24,000 bases of DNA from Hyphomonadaceae bacterium (GCA_016791365.1 JAEUMT010000031.1:43616-67615), one strand, 5' to 3'. Counted from the stretch's first letter, positions 1-11,941 are shown. The notes: generated from the letters alone by a model not told the origin. Program-made: numbers and translations.

Positions 1-1
1 G

Positions 2-625
2 ACGGCGCGCGAGCGCGAGCTTATTCAGCAAGGCGCGCGCAACACCAGCGAAGCCGACTACAAACGGCGCAACGGGGTCTCGCGTTTCATCGATGATCTG
101 CCATGGGCGCAGGCGCTCGAGCGCCTCGCTTCGCAGCCGACGGTGAACATCGAAGGCCTGGTCGCAGGCTACACTGGCCCGGGCGGCATGACCATTCTCC
201 CCCATCGCGGCGTCGCCAAGCTCGACATGCGCTTGGTGCCGAACCAAACGCGCGCGGAGTGCGAGGCGAAGTTACGCGCACATTTGGACGCGCGCGGGTT
301 CACCGATGTGCAGGTGAACGTCAGCGGCGGCTACGATCCGACGGAGACGGCGGAAGACAGCGCCATCGTGCAAGCGCAACTCGCCGCTTACCGGCAAGCG
401 GGCGCGCGCACAGCGCTTAACCCGCGTCTCGCCGGTTCGTGGCCGGGCGCGGTGTTCACGGCAGCGCCGGTCAGCATCCCCGCCGGCCAGTTCGGCCTCG
501 GGCACGGCAATGGCGCACACGCGCCGAACGAGTACTTCCTGATCGACAGCAACAATCCGCGCGTGCAGGGTCTAAGCGGCGCGGTGATGGGCTTCATCGA
601 CATCATGTATGAGTTGGCGCGCTAG
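2..625 (+). CDS. M20/M25/M40-family metallopeptidase (ArgE/DapE/CPG2-like), C-terminal part; 5' end lies outside the window
   Basis: Frame 2 is open from base 2, with no stop before the listed GTG at 143. Stop is TAG 623-625. The C-terminal segment GLGHGNGAHAPNEYF resembles the conserved H-x-x-NE metal-ligand region of M20 peptidases, preceded by a dimerisation-domain-like stretch. Confidence 0.6.
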   Translation, partial: TARERELIQQGARNTSEADYKRRNGVSRFIDDLPWAQALERLASQPTVNIEGLVAGYTGPGGMTILPHRGVAKLDMRLVPNQTRAECEAKLRAHLDARGFTDVQVNVSGGYDPTETAEDSAIVQAQLAAYRQAGARTALNPRLAGSWPGAVFTAAPVSIPAGQFGLGHGNGAHAPNEYFLIDSNNPRVQGLSGAVMGFIDIMYELAR

Positions 626-637
626 CGGGAGACGCTC

Positions 638-1297
638 ATGTTCGTCGGCCACTACGCAGCGGCCATGGCCGCAAAGGCGATCGAGCCGAAGGCGCCGATG
701 TGGACGCTGGCCGCCGCTGCACAGCTCGTGGACATCGGCTGGTCGGCGTTCATCATCACGGGGATCGAGCACGCAAGTGTCGATTCCGCCCTGCCCGGTT
801 CGACGCTCGTGCTCGAATACATGCCGTGGACGCATTCACTACCGGCGGCTCTGGCGTGGAGCGTTGGCGCGGCGCTGCTCGTGCGGCTGTTCTTGCCGCT
901 TTGGGCGAGCGTGGCGGTTGGACTCACGGTGTTTTCGCACTGGCTGCTCGATCTCCTGGTGCACCGGCCTGATTTGGCGCTTTGGCCTGGGGGCGAACGC
1001 GTCGGCTTTGCGCTCTGGGACTATCCAGTGATTGAGCAAGCGGTTGAGATCGGGCTGATCGCGGTGTGTGGCGCGGCTTGGGTGGCGAGCCGCAAGACGC
1101 TTGGGCGCTTTGCCTGGCCTGCGATTGGATTCATCGGCTTCCTGGTCGCGCTGCAAATCGTGGCGATGCTATCGCCGCAGCCGGAAGGCCCTCTGGGCGC
1201 CCGGAGCGGCGCAACCATTCTTGCGATTTATCTCGTCGTCGCCGTCGTGGCGGCGCTTACGGACATACGCGGCAAAGCGCGGAGAGCAACAGCATGA
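638..1297 (+). CDS. Polytopic inner-membrane protein, possibly a YdjM/DUF457-like membrane-bound metal-dependent hydrolase
   Basis: 219-aa ORF with GGGAGA 6 nt upstream of the ATG. It has several hydrophobic helices and His-containing motifs (GHY near the N-terminus, WTHSL, FSHWLLDLLVH) reminiscent of the YdjM family. The stop overlaps the next start (ATGA at 1294-1297). Confidence 0.5.
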   Translation: MFVGHYAAAMAAKAIEPKAPMWTLAAAAQLVDIGWSAFIITGIEHASVDSALPGSTLVLEYMPWTHSLPAALAWSVGAALLVRLFLPLWASVAVGLTVFSHWLLDLLVHRPDLALWPGGERVGFALWDYPVIEQAVEIGLIAVCGAAWVASRKTLGRFAWPAIGFIGFLVALQIVAMLSPQPEGPLGARSGATILAIYLVVAVVAALTDIRGKARRATA

Positions 1298-1689
1298 GCA
1301 GCATCGAACCGGTCAAAGCTCTCTACGCCGCCTTCGCCAAAGGCGACATTCCGGCAGCGCTCGCGACAATGTCGCCGAACATCGTTTGGAATGAAGCGGA
1401 GAACTATCCGTACGCCGATCTCAACCCGCACGTCGGCCCGAACGGCGTGCTCACCGGCGTGTTCGCGCGCATCGGCGCCGATTGGGACGGCTTCACCGCC
1501 GTTTCAGATGAGATGATCGATGGCGGCGACACTGTCGTTTCGCTCGGCCACTATGGCGGCACGAGCAAAGCCACGGGTAAGAAGATGCGCGCGCAGTTCG
1601 CGCACATCTTCCGCGTGAAGGACGGTAAGATCACCGGCTTTCAGCAATACGCGGACACGCTCGGCACCGCGATCGCGATGGGCCGCTAA
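1294..1689 (+). CDS. NTF2/SnoaL-like (ketosteroid-isomerase-like) small protein
   Basis: Internal ATG at 1294 of the 1066..1689 ORF gives 131 aa, MSSIEPVKALYAAFAKGDIPAALATMSPNIVWNEAE... ending FRVKDGKITGFQQYADT. This is the typical SnoaL-like fold pattern. The ATGA overlap with the upstream gene suggests translational coupling; the sequence upstream of 1294 in this frame is Arg-rich noise. Confidence 0.65.
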   Translation: MSSIEPVKALYAAFAKGDIPAALATMSPNIVWNEAENYPYADLNPHVGPNGVLTGVFARIGADWDGFTAVSDEMIDGGDTVVSLGHYGGTSKATGKKMRAQFAHIFRVKDGKITGFQQYADTLGTAIAMGR

Positions 1690-1834
1690 CGCGCGTTAAG
1701 ATCGCTGACACAAGTTTGCAGCGAATTCAGCAGAAAATGCTGTGTCAAAGTATGGCACAGCACGCGCGTTGCTTCGCTCAGCGCGCGGCGCCGCGCGCAT
1801 TCCTTCAGCGGCTTAGCGAAGGACATCCGCTTCT

Positions 1835-2542
1835 ATGCAAATATCCGGATTATCAGGCAGTTCTTCTGCCTGGGCGGTTCGGGAGCTTTTCCCTCAACCG
1901 CAGAAGCAACAGCAGAACGTGCCGGGCGCCGGGCAACAAATGCCGGGCGCCGCTGCGAAAACCACAACGACCGCCATTGGCGGTGCGCAAATGTCGTCGG
2001 ACATGCTGATGCAATTGCTGAACATGCAAAGCGAGCAGCCAAGCGCTACGGATGCCGCGACGCGCATGATCAGCGATCTCGACAGCGATGGCGATGGTGC
2101 GCTGAGCTTGGCGGAAGCCACCGCGACTGGATCGAGCAAAGCGGCGGAAGCGTTCGCAGCGCTCGATAGCGATGGCGATGGATCGCTTGCGACAAGCGAA
2201 TTGTCCTCATCGTTGGAAGCAATGGGTCCGCCTCCGGGTGGCCCACCACGCGGCGGACCACCACCGGGTGGCCCACCACCGGGTGGCGGCTCGTCATCTG
2301 ATATCGCATCGAGCATCATGTCCGCGGCGGACAGCGATGACGATGGCGCCATCAGCTTGAGCGAGATCACGTCGGCGACGGACGCCGAGGAGGACGACGA
2401 AACGACGTCGGCCTTCTCCAGTCTCGATACCGACGGCGACGGCAAGCTGAGCTTGTCCGAACTGACGGCGGCGCTCGATCAGTATTTGCAGACCAACGCG
2501 TCGCGCCTTGCGTCGAACGTCGAGGATGCAATTGCTGCCTGA
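1835..2542 (+). CDS. EF-hand calcium-binding repeat protein (four DxDxDG loops) with a central Pro/Gly-rich linker
   Basis: Four canonical EF loops: DSDGDGALSLAE, DSDGDGSLATSE, DSDDDGAISLSE, DTDGDGKLSLSE. A GPPPGGPPRGGPPPGGPPPGGG linker separates the two pairs. The low-complexity N-terminus MQISGLSGSSS resembles other alphaproteobacterial EF-hand proteins, from memory. Confidence 0.75.
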   Translation: MQISGLSGSSSAWAVRELFPQPQKQQQNVPGAGQQMPGAAAKTTTTAIGGAQMSSDMLMQLLNMQSEQPSATDAATRMISDLDSDGDGALSLAEATATGSSKAAEAFAALDSDGDGSLATSELSSSLEAMGPPPGGPPRGGPPPGGPPPGGGSSSDIASSIMSAADSDDDGAISLSEITSATDAEEDDETTSAFSSLDTDGDGKLSLSELTAALDQYLQTNASRLASNVEDAIAA

Positions 2543-2547
2543 ACGAA

Positions 2548-2574
2548 GGGAGGGCGGCCTCGCGCCGCCCTCCC
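2548..2574. terminator. GC-rich hairpin between convergent EF-hand gene and ligA (candidate bidirectional terminator)
   Basis: GGGAGGGCGGC (2548-2558), loop CTCGC, GCCGCCCTCCC (2564-2574): a perfect 11-bp stem. It sits between the stop at 2542 and the ligA stop at 2577-2579. Neither side has a clear U-tract. Confidence 0.55.
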
Positions 2575-2576
2575 AC

Positions 2577-5827
<3,251 letters not shown>

Positions 5828-5938
5828 TCTGCCGGGCCTCTTATTGCTCAGCGCCCGCGCGAAGCGGGCAGCGATCCGCTGATACAGGAACCCAAGCGCG
5901 GCGCAAAGCGCCTGCGGCTGTGGCGTGTGGGTAGGAAA

Positions 5939-6865
5939 TCAGCGCGCTGCTGCGGCCAGGGCGGGCTGGGCTTCGCGCGTGGTTTCCAGGGCTTCGCCGT
6001 GCTCCCAGCACCACGCTTCCGGGGTGTCCAAAAGCGCGCGCACGAGGCGGGCATTGAGGGCGTGACCCGGCTGATCCGCCACAAAGCGGCCACAAATGGG
6101 CGCGCCCGCGAGTGAGAGATCACCCACCGCGTCGAGCATTTTGTGGCGCACAAATTCGTCGTCGAAGCGAAGTCCTTCCGGGTTCACCACGCGGCCGGAG
6201 TCAACCACGACGGCGTTCGCCATCGAAGCGCCGAGGCCGAGGCCCGCGGCGCGCATCGTTTCGACATCGGCGAGGAAGCCGAAAGTGCGCGCATCAGCGA
6301 TCTCATTCAGGAACGTTTCCGGCGTGAGATGAACGCGACGGCGCTGCGTGCCAATGGCGGGATCGGCGAAACGGATCGTCACGTCCATATCGAGGCCGTC
6401 AAAGCCCTCAGACGGCATGAGGGCAGCGCTTTTCGCACCCATGCGGACTTCAATCGGCTCAAGGATTTTGATCACGCGGCGCGCGGCTTGTTGCTGCTTC
6501 ACGCCAGCGTTCAGCAGAACCTGCACAAATTGCGCGGATGAACCGTCGAGGATCGGCACTTCCGGGCCGTCCACCTCAACGATGAGGTTGTCGATGCCGA
6601 GGCCAGCGCAGGCCGACATCAGGTGTTCGATGGTGGCGAGTTCAACGCCCGAAGCGTTGCGGATGGTCGTGCAGTTGCGCGTTTCGGAAACGCTGTCAGC
6701 GTGGGCGGCGATGGAATTCGACGGCACGCCGCGCACATCGGAACGGACGAACACGATGCCGGTATCCACTGGCGCCGGGCTAAGCACCATGCGCACATGC
6801 GAGCCGGAATGAACACCGACGCCCGCGCACATGGCCGGACCTGCTATGGTCTGTTGACGACGCAC
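5939..6865 (-). CDS. lpxC: UDP-3-O-acyl-N-acetylglucosamine deacetylase LpxC
   Basis: The N-terminus RQQTIAGPAMCAGVGVHSG aligns with E. coli KQRTLKRIVQATGVGLHTG. Also has the TIEHLMSA and HKMLDAVGDL motifs. GTG start at 6865 with GAGAGG upstream. Confidence 0.95.
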   Translation of the reverse strand: MRRQQTIAGPAMCAGVGVHSGSHVRMVLSPAPVDTGIVFVRSDVRGVPSNSIAAHADSVSETRNCTTIRNASGVELATIEHLMSACAGLGIDNLIVEVDGPEVPILDGSSAQFVQVLLNAGVKQQQAARRVIKILEPIEVRMGAKSAALMPSEGFDGLDMDVTIRFADPAIGTQRRRVHLTPETFLNEIADARTFGFLADVETMRAAGLGLGASMANAVVVDSGRVVNPEGLRFDDEFVRHKMLDAVGDLSLAGAPICGRFVADQPGHALNARLVRALLDTPEAWCWEHGEALETTREAQPALAAAAR

Positions 6866-6962
6866 CAGATGCTACCTCTCGTCCCCCAGCAGGACTTTGG
6901 GCCCCCCGACCCGACGCTTCGTGTATCAAACGAGTTCCCGGCTCGACAAAACACGTTGGGTT

Positions 6963-6979
6963 ACGGTTTGTGACGGTTT
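6963..6979. promoter_or_regulatory. Direct repeat ACGGTTT-N3-ACGGTTT in the divergent lpxC / TPR-gene intergenic region
   Basis: ACGGTTT at 6963-6969 and 6973-6979, a 10-bp period. It ends 28 nt upstream of the ATG at 7007, in a locally AT-rich stretch. Confidence 0.3.
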
Positions 6980-7006
6980 ACTACTTGATGCTAATTCACT
7001 GAAATA

Positions 7007-8719
7007 ATGTCAGAAAATAGCAAATCCATAGGGCCGGACGCGGAGGCGCTCTGGAGAGCCGCGCAAGCCGGCGGACCGGGGGCCGCGCTGGCCGCGAGGC
7101 GCGCGGCCGCGCTCTGGGAGCGGAGCAGCCCCGCACGGGCCGCTGAAGCGATGGCGCTCGCGGTCCAGCTTTCGCCGCTGGAGCCCTCTCCGCGATTGGG
7201 GCTGGCGCGATTGGCGGCGGAGGCCGGCGATCTCGCAACTGCGAAAACTCAAGCAGCCAAAGTCCTGACCGAAAGCACGGACGCCACCGCCAAATCGCGG
7301 GCCGCCTTCATGCTGGGCGACCTTGAACGAAGCGAAGGCGCTTTAGACGCGGCGCGAACGTACTATGCGCAGACGATGAAGCTGCAGGACGGCGCGTTTG
7401 CGGCGGATATCTCCGATCCGCACGCCGCGCGCTGGTATGCACGCGCACGCGGCCGCATCGCCGAACTCGACGCAAGCGCAGGCCATTTTGCACCTGCGAA
7501 GAGTGGCGCGGAAAGCTCGCTCGCGCTGTTGCGCGCGGCGGCGGCCCAAATTAGCGAAACACCAGAACTGGCTGCGGACATCGCCGATGCGGAACTGCGC
7601 CTCGGCGCCCTGGAACTCGACGCCAATCAGCCAGCCTCGGCGCGCCGACGCTTCAAGGAAGCCATCGGCCGTTATGAAGCGCTGTCCGTCACGGAAACAG
7701 AAGAGCCGCATTGGCGCGCCGTACTCTCGGACGCCTGGGCGCTCGCCGCTGAAGCCGACTATGCGCGCGGCGCGGCCGACGCCGCGCGCGACGCAATGGA
7801 CAAAGCGCTGCAGGTGCGGATACGGCTCGCCGCGCGCGATCCGGCGGAAACCTGGGCCCTCGCCGGCACATGGCGGATTCGGGCTGCGCTGCGCGCAGCG
7901 CTGGGCGACAACACCGCCGCCGCGGAATCCATGCAGCAAGCGCGCGCCCTCGCCGAACGTCTGTGCGCACCAAACCGCGCGGACGAAGCGCCGGCGCGCT
8001 TTTGCGTACACACCTTGCTCGACCAGGCAGACCATGCGTTGCGCGCCAGCGAGCTTGCGGTCGCACGGGAAGCAGCAAACGAGGCGCGCGCACGCGCCGA
8101 ACGCTTCGCCTCGGACAAAAACTCAAACGCCGCGTGGCTCGCGGATGCTTCCGCGTGCTGGGATCGGCTCGGAGAGATTTCACGCGCGGGTGGCGTGGAT
8201 GCTCAGGACTCCTTCGCCCGGGCCGTTGAGTTCCGCCGCATGGCGCGGGATCGCGCGCCCGACGACGCACGCCATGCACGGGGGCTGGCCGCAGCCTTGG
8301 TGAAGTACGGAGACGTCGCGCTTGAAGCCAAGCAAACGGCCACAGCTCGCGCCGCTTTCGGCGAAAGTGCGATGATCCGGCTCAAACTCATGGAAGCCAG
8401 TCCCGAAGATCGCATCAGCGTTCATGCGCTCGCGGTGGCGCTGGAACGTTTGGGTCTAGCCGCGCAGGCGATGGGCGATGTCGGCGCCGCGCGTGATGCG
8501 TGGGAAGATGAACTCTCCCTCGCCTTTCGCCTTTTCCAGGACGACGACATCGAGGGGATGCGTTTTTGCGCGATCGTTGAAAGCCATCTTGCGCAAGCCG
8601 GCGGCCCCGGCGCCGAAGCGCACCGCAAAGCCGCACTTGAGCGCTTCGACGTGCTGGCGCGCGCAGGCGTGCTCACGGAGCGCGAGGCCGCAGTGCGGAA
8701 GAAACTCTGGGGCGGCTAG
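7007..8719 (+). CDS. Ala-rich TPR-like helical-repeat protein, function unknown
   Basis: 570-aa ORF with about six recognisable 42-48-aa units in its C-terminal ~290 residues, e.g. LAAALVKYGDVALEAKQTATARAAFGESAMIRLKLMEASPEDRISVHA and LAVALERLGLAAQAMGDVGAARDAWEDELSLAFRLFQ (TPR_10/12-like). No catalytic motif, signal peptide or TM segment seen. No obvious SD before the ATG at 7007. Confidence 0.65.
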   Translation: MSENSKSIGPDAEALWRAAQAGGPGAALAARRAAALWERSSPARAAEAMALAVQLSPLEPSPRLGLARLAAEAGDLATAKTQAAKVLTESTDATAKSRAAFMLGDLERSEGALDAARTYYAQTMKLQDGAFAADISDPHAARWYARARGRIAELDASAGHFAPAKSGAESSLALLRAAAAQISETPELAADIADAELRLGALELDANQPASARRRFKEAIGRYEALSVTETEEPHWRAVLSDAWALAAEADYARGAADAARDAMDKALQVRIRLAARDPAETWALAGTWRIRAALRAALGDNTAAAESMQQARALAERLCAPNRADEAPARFCVHTLLDQADHALRASELAVAREAANEARARAERFASDKNSNAAWLADASACWDRLGEISRAGGVDAQDSFARAVEFRRMARDRAPDDARHARGLAAALVKYGDVALEAKQTATARAAFGESAMIRLKLMEASPEDRISVHALAVALERLGLAAQAMGDVGAARDAWEDELSLAFRLFQDDDIEGMRFCAIVESHLAQAGGPGAEAHRKAALERFDVLARAGVLTEREAAVRKKLWGG

Positions 8720-8733
8720 CACCCCGGTTTCGT

Positions 8734-10098
8734 CTAGCGGGGGTTCATCTGACGGCGCAGGAACGCCGGAATTTCCAGCTCTTCGTCCAACGCCGGATCG
8801 CGCACGACCTCGTCGCGCGCGCGGCTCGGCTCCGGCGCGGGCTCCTGCGCATCGAGATTGAACTCGCGCGGCTCGTCGTCGCGAGGCTCGGGCTTCTTCC
8901 AACCAAACATCGAGAAGCCGCCACCGCCGCCCGGCTTTGCAGCCGGCGGAGCGCGGCGTTCAGGCTCGATGTCATTGGCGAAGCTCGGGCGCGGCTCATC
9001 ATACGCCGGCTCGCGCACAGGACGCGGCGGCGGTTCGCGTGGCGCTTCGGCGCGCGGAGGCACAACCGGACGACGCGGCATCGTCTCGGCTGCGCGGCGC
9101 GCTGGTTCAACGACGGTGTTCTGCGTGATGATCGCTTCGTCATCGATGCCGGTGGCGACCACCGACACGCGAATGCGGCCTTCGAGCGTTTCGTCGAAGG
9201 TCGAGCCCAGGATGATATTGGCGTTGGCGTCGACTTCGGCGCGAATCTCGTTTGCAGCCTGATCAACTTCGTACAGCGTCATATCGAAACCACCGGTGAT
9301 GTTGATCAGAACGCCTTTGGCGCCCTTCATCGAGACGATATCAAGCAGCGGGTTCGCCATGGCGCCGTGCGCGGCGTCGAGCGCGCGGTTCGGGCCGTGC
9401 GCTTCGCCTGTTCCCATCATCGCGGTGCCCATCTCGGCCATCACCGTGCGGACGTCGGCGAAGTCGAGATTGATCAGGCCTGGCATCACCATCAGATCGG
9501 TGACGCCGCGGACGCCCGAATAAAGCACCTGGTCCGCGAGTTGGAAGGCCTCGGCAAAGGTCGTGCGCTCATTGGCGACGCGGAAGAGGTTCTGGTTCGG
9601 GATGACAATCAGCGTGTCGACATGCTTGCGAAGTTCCTGGACGCCCTGCTCCGCCAGCTGCATGCGGCGCTGACCTTCGAAGTGGAACGGCTTGGTGACA
9701 ACGGCGATCGTCAGGATGCCGCGCTCGCGCGCGGTACGCGCGATCACCGGCGCAGCGCCCGTGCCCGTTCCACCGCCCATGCCGGCGGCGACGAAGACCA
9801 TGTGCGCGCCTTCGAGGAACTCGATGATCTCCGGCTGGCTCTCCTGAGCCGCCGCCTGACCCACCTCCGGGCGCGCGCCGGCGCCGAGGCCCTCAGTGAT
9901 GGCGTGGCCGAGCTGGATGCGGTTTGGGGTGCGCGCGCGCGTCAGCGCTTGCGCGTCGGTGTTAGCGACAACGAACTCCACACCCTGCAAGCGGGCGTCG
10001 ATCATGTTGTTGACGGCGTTTCCGCCAGCACCGCCGACGCCAAAGACCACGATACGTGGCTTGAGGTCGTGAACGACAGGCGCACTGTACTGACTCAT
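8734..10098 (-). CDS. ftsZ: Cell division protein FtsZ
   Basis: Start at internal ATG 10098 ([32 protein letters not shown]) with GGAG 6 nt upstream. Tubulin signature [13 protein letters not shown], a long Pro-rich linker and the C-terminal peptide [10 protein letters not shown]. The ORF extension to 10332 has no FtsZ-like sequence. Confidence 0.97.
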   Translation of the reverse strand: MSQYSAPVVHDLKPRIVVFGVGGAGGNAVNNMIDARLQGVEFVVANTDAQALTRARTPNRIQLGHAITEGLGAGARPEVGQAAAQESQPEIIEFLEGAHMVFVAAGMGGGTGTGAAPVIARTARERGILTIAVVTKPFHFEGQRRMQLAEQGVQELRKHVDTLIVIPNQNLFRVANERTTFAEAFQLADQVLYSGVRGVTDLMVMPGLINLDFADVRTVMAEMGTAMMGTGEAHGPNRALDAAHGAMANPLLDIVSMKGAKGVLINITGGFDMTLYEVDQAANEIRAEVDANANIILGSTFDETLEGRIRVSVVATGIDDEAIITQNTVVEPARRAAETMPRRPVVPPRAEAPREPPPRPVREPAYDEPRPSFANDIEPERRAPPAAKPGGGGGFSMFGWKKPEPRDDEPREFNLDAQEPAPEPSRARDEVVRDPALDEELEIPAFLRRQMNPR

Positions 10099-10132
10099 TA
10101 CCCGCTCCAAGGGCGACCGATTCTCACGATTC
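10092..10132 (-). promoter_or_regulatory. Cluster of three GANTC (CcrM-type methylation) motifs in the ftsZ 5' leader and start region
   Basis: Plus-strand GACTC 10092-10096 (overlaps the start codon), GATTC 10119-10123 and GATTC 10128-10132. That is three sites in 41 bp. Confidence 0.45.
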
Positions 10133-10166
10133 GCCCACGCTCGTACTGCACCCTCCAGTGCAGCAT

Positions 10167-10181
10167 TTAAGCTTTCGTTAA
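10167..10181 (-). promoter_or_regulatory. Perfect CtrA-box consensus TTAA-N7-TTAA upstream of ftsZ
   Basis: TTAAGCTTTCGTTAA read directly, about 70 nt upstream of the ftsZ ATG (10098). TTAA is rare in this GC-rich window. Confidence 0.5.
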
Positions 10182-10298
10182 GTGTTGGAAACCGGCGCGG
10201 CGCTTTTGCGGCGGCACGACGGCCAATCCTACCGTCAGCTTGGGGAAATTGACGCAATTCGACATGGGCTTGGACCGACGCGGCAGCAAGGCACGAAC

Positions 10299-10634
10299 TC
10301 AGGCCGATGGCGCCGGCGCCTGCGCCTGGCAAACGGAAGACAGGAGCTGCAACTCGATCGGCTCAACGTCGTCAAACACGGCAAAGCTGCTGGCAAAGTA
10401 CTGGGCGAGTTCGTCGGCTGTGTACTTCTGCTCGGCGAGCGTCCGCCACGCGGCGTTGGCCGCGTCGATTGAAGCGGCGTCACCAATGCTGCGCCCCTGA
10501 TCAATCGCAACACGCTGGAGCGTGAGGTAAGCCATGCAAGAGACGGCGTCGCCGCCCTTGTAATGCTCATCGCCGCAAGCGCCGATCGCCACCGCCGCCA
10601 AAGCCAAACCCACCACACCAAACGCGACGCGCAT
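10299..10634 (-). CDS. Small lipoprotein, function unknown
   Basis: ATG at 10634 follows a strong SD, GAAGGAGGGAG. Signal peptide with lipobox [22 protein letters not shown]-rich third codon positions; 111 aa. Confidence 0.65.
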   Translation of the reverse strand: MRVAFGVVGLALAAVAIGACGDEHYKGGDAVSCMAYLTLQRVAIDQGRSIGDAASIDAANAAWRTLAEQKYTADELAQYFASSFAVFDDVEPIELQLLSSVCQAQAPAPSA

Positions 10635-10782
10635 CACTCCCTCCTTCTATGCGCAAACGTTACGGATCGATCTAGGTGGAATTGCAGCGGATGTGCGCCG
10701 CATGCGCGTCGGCGCGAAACAAGAGGCGCCTGCACGCGTTGGCTCCATCTGGAGACCTCGCATGGGCGGGCACGACATTTCA

Positions 10783-10800
10783 CTTGCGCAGGCGCGCAAG
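10783..10800. promoter_or_regulatory. Palindrome CTTGCGC-AGGC-GCGCAAG upstream of the glycosyltransferase gene
   Basis: Perfect 7-bp inverted repeat with a 4-nt spacer, 41 nt upstream of the ATG at 10841. Confidence 0.3.
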
Positions 10801-10840
10801 GCGATCCGTCAACTCCACTGATAGATGGCGGCTCTGATAC

Positions 10841-11926
10841 ATGAAAATCGCTCAAATCGCGCCGCTCGCGGAAAGTTGCCCGCCTGCGCTCTATGGCGGC
10901 ACCGAACGTGTCGTGTCTTACCTGACCGAAGAGCTTGTCGATCAAGGGCACGACGTCACGCTTTTCGCGAGCGGCGACTCTATCACCGCCGCACAGCTGG
11001 TGCCGTGCGCCGACCGCGCTCTAAGGCTCCAGTCCGGTCCGGTTGATGCGCTGCCGTATCACATGATCATGCTGGAGGAAGTTGCGCGCCGCGCGCACGA
11101 GTTCGATGTCCTGCACTTCCACATTGATTTGATGCACGCGCCGGTGGTGCGCGCGTTTGCCGACAAGACGCTCACCACACTTCACGGCCGGTTGGATCTT
11201 CCTGGTCTTGCGCCTTTCTACAAAGCGTTTCCCCGGCTGCCGCTGATCTCGATCTCGGACTCACAGCGCCTGCCGTTGCCGCCTGTGAACTGGGTGAAGA
11301 CGATCTATCACGGCCTTCCGCGCGACTTGCTGTCGTTTAGCGCGGAGCCCCGCGATGGCTATCTCGCGTTTCTGGGCCGCATCTCGCCGGAAAAGCGTCC
11401 GGACCGCGCTATCGAAATCGCCGTGCGCTCCGGCATGCCGTTGAAGATCGCCGCAAAGATCGATCGGGTCGACCAGCTCTATTGGGAAGAGAAGATCGCG
11501 CCGCTGGTGAAGGCGAACGCCCAAGTTGAGTACATTGGCGAAATCACAGACAGGCAGAAGGCCGAGTTCCTTGGCGGCGCGTCAGCGCTGTTGTTCCCAA
11601 TCGACTGGGAGGAGCCATTTGGCCTGGTGATGATCGAAGCGATGGCGTGCGGCACGCCTGTGATTGCGTTCCGGCGCGGCTCGGTTCCCGAAGTAATGGA
11701 TCACGGCGTAACCGGATTTGTTGTGGACACGGTCGACGACGCGGTGCGTGCGGTTGATCAGCTCGCGCAAATCAGTCGCGCCAAAGTTCGCGCCGTGTTT
11801 GATGAACGTTTTACGGTGCAGCGTATGGCGCGCGATTACATCAACACATTCTCCAAGTGCGCGGGCGCCGGCGCCGCAATGCCGCCGCCTCAGCTGACTA
11901 CAGACCTGCAATCGATCACCCTCTAA
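10841..11926 (+). CDS. Glycosyltransferase family 4 (GT-B, retaining type)
   Basis: N-terminus MKIAQIAPLAESCPPALYGGTERVVSYLTEELVDQGHDVTLFASGDS. C-terminal E-x7-E region EEPFGLVMIEAMACGTPVIAFRRGSVPEV, typical of GT4. Confidence 0.85.
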   Translation: MKIAQIAPLAESCPPALYGGTERVVSYLTEELVDQGHDVTLFASGDSITAAQLVPCADRALRLQSGPVDALPYHMIMLEEVARRAHEFDVLHFHIDLMHAPVVRAFADKTLTTLHGRLDLPGLAPFYKAFPRLPLISISDSQRLPLPPVNWVKTIYHGLPRDLLSFSAEPRDGYLAFLGRISPEKRPDRAIEIAVRSGMPLKIAAKIDRVDQLYWEEKIAPLVKANAQVEYIGEITDRQKAEFLGGASALLFPIDWEEPFGLVMIEAMACGTPVIAFRRGSVPEVMDHGVTGFVVDTVDDAVRAVDQLAQISRAKVRAVFDERFTVQRMARDYINTFSKCAGAGAAMPPPQLTTDLQSITL

Positions 11927-11941
11927 ATCGCGGGAACCCGC

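Noticed and set aside
1753-1767. Sigma-54-like element TGGCAC-N5-GCGC about 70 nt upstream of the EF-hand gene.
   Set aside because: The -24 half (TGGCAC) is perfect and GG/GC spacing is correct. But the -12 half reads GCGC instead of TTGC, and GC dinucleotides are too common in this genome to carry weight. No enhancer-binding protein gene is nearby.
8717-8745. A short inverted repeat, CCCCG-N11-CGGGG, and GCTAG...CTAGC around the 14-bp gap between the TPR-gene and ftsZ stops, as a possible bidirectional terminator.
   Set aside because: The stems are only 5 bp with a large loop and overlap the ftsZ stop codon. No U-tract. Too weak to call.
10099-10332. N-terminal extension of the ftsZ ORF to 10332 (78 extra codons). 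Similar extensions exist for ligA (to 5009), the CBS gene (to 21721), ftsQ (to 16445) and the SnoaL-like ORF (back to 1066).
   Set aside because: The extensions lack family-like sequence and overlap upstream genes or regulatory motifs. Internal starts with good SD sequences reproduce canonical N-termini.
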